DNA from: an uncultured virus (IMG/VR IMGVR_UViG_3300048905_000045) | Lineage: Duplodnaviria > Heunggongvirae > Uroviricota > Caudoviricetes | Virus record (IMG/VR): IMGVR_UViG_3300048905_000045 | Direction: 5' to 3' (one strand) | Length of the DNA stretch: 20,000 bases | In this document: one piece after another, positions 1 through 6,540 of the stretch | How the letters are laid out: every line of letters begins with the position of its first letter | Position numbering within the stretch: the stretch's first letter is position 1 | The notes under the pieces: generated by a model | Databases searched by the model: none | What the model saw: the letters and a program-made list of their open reading frames with translations, nothing else | What the model was told of the DNA's origin: nothing | Program-made: the position numbers and the translations under genes

Positions 1-1
1 C

Positions 2-2071
2 ACCATGCACGACGGCGACGTCCGCACCCCGCACCGCGAGGCCGAGGGGCAGATCGTCCCGTCCGGGCAGGAGTTCACCGTCGGCGGGGAGAAGATGTTC
101 TACCCCGGCCAGCCGGTCGGCGACCCGTCCAATTGGATCAACTGCCGCTGCGTCGCCCGGCCCACCATGCTCGACAACGGGGACGCGTCCATCGTGGCAT
201 CCGGCGCTGACGAGACTGACGGGGAGGGCTTCACTTCCGCGGTGATCGTGGCCCTGCCCGCCGAGTCCGACCCGGTGTCCGCCGCATCCTCCGAGGCCGA
301 CGGCGCGCACTGCACCCTGCTGTTCCTTGGCGACACCGCCAACCTCGACGCGGACGCGCTGAAGAACGCGCTGGCCGAGTTCGTCACCAACGGCGAGGTC
401 GGCGTCATGACGGAGAACGTCTCCGGCCGGGCCACCCTCGGCAAGGACAGCGCCGACGTGGTGCTGATCGACGGCGCCAGCCTCGTCAACATCCGCAAGG
501 GGATGCTCGAAAACTCCGACGAACTGTTCTCCGCCTACGACGCGGTCGAGCAGTTCCCCACGTGGATTCCGCACGTCACCCTCGGCTACCCGGAAACCCC
601 CGCCAGCGGGGAGTTCGCCGGGGAGCAGATCACCTTTGACCGCCTCGCCCTCTGGTTCGGCGAGGACCGCACCGCCATCTATCCCCTTGGAGGAACCCCT
701 GTGTCCGATAATGCCCCTGCCACCGAAGCGGTCACAGCCGCCGTGGAGGATGCGAAGCCCGCAGAGCCCGCGCCTGCCGCTGAAGCCCCCGCCCCTGACG
801 ACCAGTCGTCACCCGACGAAACCCCTTGGCACGGAGTCCTCGCCCCCGAGGGAACACCCTCCGGCGACGGCCGCCAGTTCGCCCTCGGCGCCCTGACCAA
901 CCGGGACCTGCCCCTGCCGCTGAAGGCGATGTTCATCGACGACGAGGGCCACAAGGGCTCCGTCGTGGTCGGGCGCATCGACAACATCTTCCGCGACGGC
1001 AACCTCGTCAAGGGTGAGGGCGTCTTCGACAACTCCCCCGAAGCCGACAAGGCGAAGGGCATGGTCGAGCGCAAGATGTGGCGCGGCGTCTCTGTCGACG
1101 TGGACGCCGCAGAGCTGTCCGTCGCCGACGACACCGCCGAGGTCCAGGTCACCGAGTTCTCCACCGCCCGGATCGCGTCCGCGACCATGTGCGCGATCCC
1201 CGCGTTCGCCGAGGCATACGTCGCCATCGGCACGTGGGCCAACGCCGCCGACGACGAGACGGCACCGGAACCGGCCGCCGACGCCCCCGAGGCCGCACCA
1301 CTCCCGGCCGGGCAGAAGCTGTCCTCCGTGTCGCTGGTCGCCTCCGCCGCCACCATCAGCGCCGACTACTTCCGCAACCCCATGCTGACCGAGGAAACCC
1401 CGCTGACAGTCACCGAAGACGGCCGGGTCTTCGGACACGTCGCCGGGTGGGAAACCTGCCACATCGGCTACGAGGTCTGCACCACCGCGCCGCCGTCAGC
1501 CACCGACTACGCGTACTTCCTCACCGGGCAGGTGCTCACCGACGCCGGGCCTGTGGCGGTCGGCCAGATCACCCTCGGCGGCGGGCACGCCGACGGGCGC
1601 TTCGGCCTGCGGGCCGCGGTCGCACACTACGACAACACCGGTTTTGCCGTTGCGGACATCACGGTATTCGAGGACGAGTTCGGCATCGCGTTCTCCGGCA
1701 AGCTCCGTGATGGTGTGACCGACAAGCAGGTCCACGAACTGCGTGCCACCGGAGTCTCCGGCGACTGGCGCGAAGTCCGGGTCCGCGGGAACACCTCGAT
1801 GGAAATGATTGCGGCGCTGTCTGTGAACGTGCCGGGCTTCCCGATTGCCCGCTCCCGGGCAACGTACGCCAACGGCCATCAGGTGTCGCTCATTGGGCGC
1901 CCCGTCCAGATCAAGAAGGCCAATACCCTCGACGCGGCGTTCGTCGCCAAGCTCGACGCCTACCACGCGGCAAAGAAGCGGCAGGAAGCTGTCGCCAAGT
2001 TCCGCTCAGAAGTACGCGCCGAGAAGGTCGCGGCACTGAAATCCGAATTCACCACAACGGGAGGGAAGTAA
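2..2071 (+). CDS. Capsid maturation polyprotein (5'-truncated): MuF-like C-terminal part, 2H phosphoesterase domain, prohead protease domain and a second protease-like domain
   Basis: The frame is open from the window edge (ACC-ATG), so the true start is upstream. MuF-type motifs TMHDGDVRTPH...GQ and PGQP...INCRC. HCTL (308-319) and HVTL (572-583) 2H motifs. Protease-like GHKGSVVVGRID...GVSVD...ATMCAIPAF. Second domain GRVFGH...HYDNT...SGDWR...VNVPGFP. Lies upstream of the capsid gene. Confidence 0.85.
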   Translation, partial: TMHDGDVRTPHREAEGQIVPSGQEFTVGGEKMFYPGQPVGDPSNWINCRCVARPTMLDNGDASIVASGADETDGEGFTSAVIVALPAESDPVSAASSEADGAHCTLLFLGDTANLDADALKNALAEFVTNGEVGVMTENVSGRATLGKDSADVVLIDGASLVNIRKGMLENSDELFSAYDAVEQFPTWIPHVTLGYPETPASGEFAGEQITFDRLALWFGEDRTAIYPLGGTPVSDNAPATEAVTAAVEDAKPAEPAPAAEAPAPDDQSSPDETPWHGVLAPEGTPSGDGRQFALGALTNRDLPLPLKAMFIDDEGHKGSVVVGRIDNIFRDGNLVKGEGVFDNSPEADKAKGMVERKMWRGVSVDVDAAELSVADDTAEVQVTEFSTARIASATMCAIPAFAEAYVAIGTWANAADDETAPEPAADAPEAAPLPAGQKLSSVSLVASAATISADYFRNPMLTEETPLTVTEDGRVFGHVAGWETCHIGYEVCTTAPPSATDYAYFLTGQVLTDAGPVAVGQITLGGGHADGRFGLRAAVAHYDNTGFAVADITVFEDEFGIAFSGKLRDGVTDKQVHELRATGVSGDWREVRVRGNTSMEMIAALSVNVPGFPIARSRATYANGHQVSLIGRPVQIKKANTLDAAFVAKLDAYHAAKKRQEAVAKFRSEVRAEKVAALKSEFTTTGGK
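689..703 (+). promoter_or_regulatory. Internal Shine-Dalgarno plus in-frame GTG start inside the polyprotein gene
   Basis: GGAGGA at 689-694, a 6-nt spacer and GTG at 701, in frame. It sits at the boundary between the 2H domain and the linker/protease part. Confidence 0.6.
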
Positions 2072-2073
2072 CC

Positions 2074-2220
2074 ATGGCTTGCGGAGCCTGCGGGAGCAAT
2101 AAGACGAAGTCCACCACCTACACCCACATCGCCCCGGACGGTACTAAGAGCGGTTACCGGACCGAAGTGGAAGCAAAAGCGGCTGTCGCCCGCAAGGGTG
2201 GGAGTTACAAGGCGGACTAA
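2074..2220 (+). CDS. Small basic 48-aa protein with N-terminal CxxC (MACGACGSNK...), head-region hypothetical
   Basis: Not in the ORF track (too short). ATG at 2074 follows GGGAGGG and TAA ends at 2220. It fills the gap between the protease gene and the capsid leader. The MAC/GC-type start resembles small genes at this position in related actinophages. Confidence 0.8.
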   Translation: MACGACGSNKTKSTTYTHIAPDGTKSGYRTEVEAKAAVARKGGSYKAD

Positions 2221-2250
2221 TTCGCCGCGACACGCCCATAATCGACGGTT

Positions 2251-2360
2251 GCACAACGGCCTACGTCTAGGATTTGTCTCAGTAAGACACTTTCCGAGCC
2301 GTAGGCCGTGTGTCGACCACTGTTAGCTCTACACCACACGCACTACGTCTCACTTAGGAG
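2251..2360 (+). promoter_or_regulatory. Structured 5' leader / probable late promoter region of the major capsid gene
   Basis: Perfect 10-bp inverted repeat ACGGCCTACG (2256-2265) / CGTAGGCCGT (2300-2309). Inner stem TGTCT/AGACA. Direct repeat CTACGTCT at 2261 and 2343. TAGGAT (2268-2273) is -10-like. SD AGGAG at 2356-2360. Confidence 0.6.
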
Positions 2361-2366
2361 AGAGTC

Positions 2367-4037
2367 ATGGCTAAGTTCAAAGCCCCCACAGATGTAAAGG
2401 CCCTCGATAACGACGAGCTGGCCGCCGCAGTCGAGGAAGCACTCGCCGAATTCGGCCAGTACGCCGAAATCCCCGACGCCGAGGTCACCGACGAGCAGTT
2501 CGCTGACATGCAGGAACTCCGCGGCTTCGCCAAGGTAGCCCGCGAGGAACTGTCCACCCGCGAAACGGCCGCCGCCGCGCGCGCCGACGAACTCGCCGCC
2601 ATCCGTCAGGAAATGGCCGCAGGCGACGAGGACGAGGACAGCTCCGAGGCAGAGGCAGAAGCCGCCGCCGCCGAGGCCGCCGCCGACGAAGCCATCAAGG
2701 CAGAGGCCGCCGCGAAGGTGGAAGCCTCCGCTAAGCGCACCGGCTTCGCCTCCAAGGCCGCGTCCAAGTCCGTCGCCCCCAAGCCCACCGCGGCCAAGGG
2801 CGGCACGCTGGTCGCCGCCGCCGAGGTCCCCGGCTTCGCCGCCGGACACAAGTTCAGCAACTTCGCTGACGCGTCCAGCGCCATCCTCAACCGGCTCCAG
2901 TCGATGCCGACGAACATTCCGAACCACCAGTCCCGCGCTGGCATTCTGAATGTCAACGTCGCCGAGACGCGCTTCACCCAGTCCAATCAGGAATTCCAGA
3001 ACCGCGACCTCGAACTGCTCCTCGCGGCAGGTCAGGAGAAGTCCCTGAAGGGCGGCTCCCTCGTGGCCGCCGGTGGCTGGGGTGCGCCGTCCGAGCGGAC
3101 GCTGGACTTCTGCGAACTGGAAAACGTCGACTCCCTGATCCAGCTCCCCGAGGTGACCATCACCCGCGGCGGTGTCCAGTACACCAAGGGCCCGACCCTC
3201 GCCGACGTGCTGAACTCCTCGACCGGTTTTTGGGACATGGACGAAGCAACGGCTGAAGCCGGTGTGGAACAGAAGACGTTCCTGCGTCCGACCGTTCCGG
3301 GCTTCACCGAGAAGCGCCTGAGCGCCGTGGGTATCGGCCTCGAAGCCGGTCTGCTCCTGCGTCAGGGCTGGCCCGAGGTCATCGACCGCCACGCCAAGCT
3401 CCTGACCATCGCGCACCAGATCAAGATGGCCCGCAAGTCCATCTCCCTGATCGAGGGCTTCACCGGCAACGCGAAGGCCATCACCAACGCCTTCGGCAAC
3501 GCGTTCGACATCTTCCACATCCTCGAACTGCTGGCCGTCGGCGAGCGCCAGCGCCTGTCGATGTCTGTGAACCAGACCCTCGAAGCGCTGATCCCGAACT
3601 GGGTCAAGGCCGTCGTCCGCGCCGACCTCGCCCAGCGTCAGGGCGTCGACACCCCCAAGGTGACCGACGCCGAGATTGATTCCTACCTGACGGCCCGCGG
3701 CATCAAGGCGCAGTGGATCACCCAGTATCAGGACATCCCGCTGGACCCGACCACGGGCCTCGCGCTGACCTACCCGGACACGGTCGAAGTTATCTTCTAC
3801 CCGGCCGGTTCCTTCGTCCGCGGTGTCGCGCCGGTCATCCAGCTCGACACCATCTACGACTCCACGAACCTGAAGAAGAACGACTACCTTCACCTGTTCA
3901 TGGAGCAGGGCGTGCTGATGACCAACCCGTGCGGCGACGGACACCGCGTGTCCTTCCCGCTGTACGCCAACGGCCGCCGCGCCAACGTCTCCGGCACCGA
4001 CGGTAACGACAACCTGTTCAACGCTCCCGTCGCGTAG
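2367..4037 (+). CDS. Major capsid protein (hexamer-type) with N-terminal acidic/coiled-coil scaffold-like region
   Basis: 556 aa, strong SD and highly biased codons. Ala/Glu-rich N-terminal ~150 aa. LVAAGGWGAPSE...YTKGP and LDTIYDSTNLKKNDY motifs are typical of large capsid proteins of Rosebush/cluster-B-like actinophages. Follows the protease gene. Confidence 0.88.
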   Translation: MAKFKAPTDVKALDNDELAAAVEEALAEFGQYAEIPDAEVTDEQFADMQELRGFAKVAREELSTRETAAAARADELAAIRQEMAAGDEDEDSSEAEAEAAAAEAAADEAIKAEAAAKVEASAKRTGFASKAASKSVAPKPTAAKGGTLVAAAEVPGFAAGHKFSNFADASSAILNRLQSMPTNIPNHQSRAGILNVNVAETRFTQSNQEFQNRDLELLLAAGQEKSLKGGSLVAAGGWGAPSERTLDFCELENVDSLIQLPEVTITRGGVQYTKGPTLADVLNSSTGFWDMDEATAEAGVEQKTFLRPTVPGFTEKRLSAVGIGLEAGLLLRQGWPEVIDRHAKLLTIAHQIKMARKSISLIEGFTGNAKAITNAFGNAFDIFHILELLAVGERQRLSMSVNQTLEALIPNWVKAVVRADLAQRQGVDTPKVTDAEIDSYLTARGIKAQWITQYQDIPLDPTTGLALTYPDTVEVIFYPAGSFVRGVAPVIQLDTIYDSTNLKKNDYLHLFMEQGVLMTNPCGDGHRVSFPLYANGRRANVSGTDGNDNLFNAPVA

Positions 4038-4043
4038 TGAATG

Positions 4044-4086
4044 ATCCGCTGGGGCGGTGCGGCCCATCGCCCCAGCGGATTACTTC
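4044..4086 (+). terminator. 16-bp GC-rich hairpin (terminator/attenuator) between the two capsid genes
   Basis: ATCCGCTGGGGCGGTG (4044-4059) pairs with CATCGCCCCAGCGGAT (4065-4080) with one G-U pair and a 5-nt loop. Weak U-tract (TACTTC). Confidence 0.75.
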
Positions 4087-4108
4087 AACCCCCGAAAGGA
4101 GGTAGGCC

Positions 4109-4864
4109 ATGACGAAGTTCCTGATTGATCCCCCCGCCGTCGCACCCGCGACCGGCGGCCTGCTGGACCTTGCCAACGTCATCACCGCTGATGCCGACTC
4201 GCTCGCGTATCACGGACTGACGCACCGCAGGGTTCTCGGCGGCCACAACCGCGTCGTCCCCGCACCCGGGCAGGACAAGGTCTTCGACCAGAACGCAGGC
4301 TACGGCGACAGTGTCGAGTTCCAGACCTACCGCGGCATCGAGGACGCCCTGCTGTTGGGCGAAGACCCTGCCGCGCTGGCCCGTGACGCATTCAGCGCCA
4401 ACGAAAGCTTCGGCGTCGAGGCCGCAGTGCAGGAGCACCTGCTGAACCCGGAGGCTGTGGACCTCACCCCGACCCCGGGAACCGGTGTCACCAGCGCGAA
4501 GGTCGCTCTCGGCCTGCTGGAGCAGTGGCTGTCGGAGAACTACTCGGGCAAGGGCCTGATCCACACCAACAAGCTCGGCGTTGAACTGCTCTTTGACCGC
4601 ATCGCCGGTACTGACCCGCTTGTCACCGTCAACGGCACCCCCGTTGTCAGCGGCGCCGGGTACACCGCTGACGGCCCGGACAGCCTCACCGCCGGACCGA
4701 ACGAGGTCTGGGTCTACATCTCGGGCCAGATCAACCTCTGGCAGGGGGCGCTGACCATGCAGGGCGCACCGCTCGCGAAAGCGAACCGCACCTTCGGCCT
4801 CGCCGAGCGTGCCTACGCCGCCACCAACTCAGGCCCTGTGGCCGCCATCCTCATCGGATTCTAA
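4109..4864 (+). CDS. Probable second capsid protein (pentamer-type / minor capsid)
   Basis: 251 aa, SD AAAGGAGG. PPAVAPATGGLL start, ALGLLEQWL...Y.GKGLIH, T..GTPVVSGAGY, N.TFGLAERAY motifs. Position directly after the large capsid gene matches two-capsid-protein actinophages. Confidence 0.7.
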   Translation: MTKFLIDPPAVAPATGGLLDLANVITADADSLAYHGLTHRRVLGGHNRVVPAPGQDKVFDQNAGYGDSVEFQTYRGIEDALLLGEDPAALARDAFSANESFGVEAAVQEHLLNPEAVDLTPTPGTGVTSAKVALGLLEQWLSENYSGKGLIHTNKLGVELLFDRIAGTDPLVTVNGTPVVSGAGYTADGPDSLTAGPNEVWVYISGQINLWQGALTMQGAPLAKANRTFGLAERAYAATNSGPVAAILIGF

Positions 4865-4874
4865 GGAGAACCCC

Positions 4875-5273
4875 ATGTCGCTTGATCTGAACACCCTGAA
4901 GGACGACGAAACCTACGTTGACGGCCGCTCCCCCGAGCAGGCCGCCGACCTTCTGGAGCGCGCCGCCGCCGCCGGTCTGTCCGGCCGCGTCTTCACCACG
5001 TCCCACGGCTACATCGTCCCCACCTCCATCCTCGACGCCAAGGAAGAAGCCGACGCTGACGCTGACGCCGACGCCGACGCCGACGCTGATGCTGACGCTG
5101 ATGCCGGGGAAGAAGCAGTAGCAGAGTTTGACCCGTCCAAGGCGACGGTCGAGGAAGTCAACGACTACCTCGCCAACGTCGACGACGCCGAGCGGGAGCG
5201 CGTGCTTGCCGCCGAAGCACAGGGCAAGGACCGCAAGGCCCTGCGTCCCGCCACCCCCGAGGGAGATAAGTAA
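4875..5273 (+). CDS. Acidic 132-aa head-region hypothetical protein with (AD)9 linker and C-terminal small helical domain
   Basis: SD AAGGAG at 4863-4868 favours ATG 4875 over the ORF-track start 4809. Its TAATG overlap couples it to the next gene. C-terminal FDPSKATVEEVNDYL...ERERVLAAEAQGKDRK. Confidence 0.8.
   Translation: MSLDLNTLKDDETYVDGRSPEQAADLLERAAAAGLSGRVFTTSHGYIVPTSILDAKEEADADADADADADADADADAGEEAVAEFDPSKATVEEVNDYLANVDDAERERVLAAEAQGKDRKALRPATPEGDK
5049..5105 (+). repeat. Hexanucleotide tandem repeat GCYGAY x9 (encodes Ala-Asp x9)
   Basis: GCCGAC GCTGAC GCTGAC GCCGAC GCCGAC GCCGAC GCTGAT GCTGAC GCTGAT GCC, read directly. Confidence 0.95.
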
Positions 5274-6166
5274 TGTCGCAGTCCAAGAAGGTTTCCTTCC
5301 TCCGCGGTAAGCGGATCAGGGCAACCGCCGTCAGCACCGCCGGTGTGCCGCTCTACGGAGCGTCCTCGGTCGTCACCACCAAGGGTGTCGTAACGCTGTC
5401 CTACACCACGAATGTTGAGGATGGTTCCGCGATCAGCCTGCCGAACTTCGGCGGCGAAAACTGCATCAACGAAACCGCCACCTCCAACTTCACCGGCTAC
5501 AGCGTCGAAGCAGAGTTCTGCGACGTCGACTTCTCCCTGCTCAGCCTTGTTACCGGCCAGCAGGTCTACGTCGACGACAACGGCCTCGTCATCGGCATCA
5601 CCGAGTCCACCGACGTGAACCTCGCGGCGGTCAACTTCGCGCTGGAGGTGTGGCTGGGCTCGAACATCCCCGGTGATTACGGCTACGTCCTCACCCCGTT
5701 CCTGACCGGCGGCACCATCGGCGACATCACCGTCGCCAACGATGCGATCACCTTCACGGTGACTGGCCTCCAGACCAAGAACGGCAACGGCTGGGGCAAG
5801 GGCCCCTACAAGGTCGAGAAGGTCCTCGGCGTCGATTCCGTCCTGCGCACCGCGATGCTGGCGAACGACCACCGCCGCACCTTCACCACGCAGGTCGCTC
5901 CCCCGGCGGTCTACGCGGGCTCCACTCCGCTCCTGAACCCGACCGATCCGGCCCTGACTGACATCACCGCCACGGTGGCCGTCAAGCAGGTCACGTTCGC
6001 CCCGACACCCTCGGGCACCACGCCGATCTGGTACGACTTCGGCGACGGCACGTGGGATTACGCGGCAACCGGCGGCTACGTCAAGACGTACGCCACGGCT
6101 GGCACGTGGACCGTCACTGCACGGCGCGGCACGTCCGTCGTCACTAAGTCCGTTACCACGACTTAG
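5273..6166 (+). CDS. Major tail (tube) protein with C-terminal PKD/Ig-like domain
   Basis: 297 aa. LRGKRIRAT...G, N.GGENCI, FCDVD..L..LVTG, FALEVW, W.KGPY.V motifs of cluster-B-like tail tube proteins. C-terminal WYDFGDG...TYATAGTWTVT is PKD-like. Followed by a strong hairpin. Confidence 0.85.
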   Translation: MSQSKKVSFLRGKRIRATAVSTAGVPLYGASSVVTTKGVVTLSYTTNVEDGSAISLPNFGGENCINETATSNFTGYSVEAEFCDVDFSLLSLVTGQQVYVDDNGLVIGITESTDVNLAAVNFALEVWLGSNIPGDYGYVLTPFLTGGTIGDITVANDAITFTVTGLQTKNGNGWGKGPYKVEKVLGVDSVLRTAMLANDHRRTFTTQVAPPAVYAGSTPLLNPTDPALTDITATVAVKQVTFAPTPSGTTPIWYDFGDGTWDYAATGGYVKTYATAGTWTVTARRGTSVVTKSVTTT

Positions 6167-6226
6167 ACGCAGGGCGCGGACTACGGAACAGGGGACTTCG
6201 GTAGCGGAGCCTTCGGCGGCGTATAG
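6167..6226 (+). other. Putative amber read-through extension of the major tail protein (TQGADYGTGDFGSGAFGGV*)
   Basis: 19 in-frame sense codons lie between TAG 6164-6166 and TAG 6224-6226. They encode three [YF]G-x-G-x type repeats. The terminator lies after the second TAG. Confidence 0.55.
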
Positions 6227-6239
6227 CGCCTGAGTCACC

Positions 6240-6280
6240 GGGGCCGGGGAAGTGGAGGTAGCGACCACTTCCCCGGCCTT
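6240..6280 (+). terminator. Intrinsic terminator-like hairpin after the major tail gene
   Basis: Perfect 14-bp stem GGCCGGGGAAGTGG (6242-6255) / CCACTTCCCCGGCC (6265-6278) with a 9-nt loop, followed by TT and a pyrimidine-rich tail. Confidence 0.8.
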
Positions 6281-6320
6281 CCATCCATCCATTTGCAGCA
6301 CACCATCTGAAAGGCCCGTC

Positions 6321-6539
6321 ATGGCAACACCTTTTCCCACAGTCCCGGCAGGGGATGTGTGGGGCCAGAAACTCCTCGACGCAATCACTTCCCGGGACAC
6401 TGACGCTGTGGCCGCCGCTGGCACCGCCGCTGACGCCAAGATCGCCGCCAAGGTCGGCGCCTCCACGCTGATCCTCGGCCCGCAGGACCCCGTGCCGGCC
6501 AACACCCCGGCCGGAACCGTCATCTTCAGGACCACCTAA
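6321..6539 (+). CDS. 72-aa putative virion adaptor / mini-fibre protein
   Basis: SD GAAAGG (6309-6314) and ATG 6321; the ORF-track start 6252 lies inside the terminator. N-terminal P..GDVWGQKL motif, Ala-rich helix, C-terminal LILGPQDPVPANTPAGTVIFRT. Confidence 0.75.
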   Translation: MATPFPTVPAGDVWGQKLLDAITSRDTDAVAAAGTAADAKIAAKVGASTLILGPQDPVPANTPAGTVIFRTT

Positions 6540-6540
6540 G

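Noticed and set aside
5..7. ATG at 5 as the start of the first gene
   Set aside because: It falls inside the MuF motif (T-M-H-D-x-x-V-R) and the frame is open to the window edge, so the gene begins upstream.
2221..2366. tRNA or known riboswitch in the capsid leader; canonical sigma-70 promoter TTGCAC...TAGGAT
   Set aside because: No cloverleaf, T-loop or CCA, and no riboswitch consensus I can recognise. TTGCAC (2249) to TAGGAT (2268) spacing is only 13 nt, so it is not a canonical -35/-10 pair.
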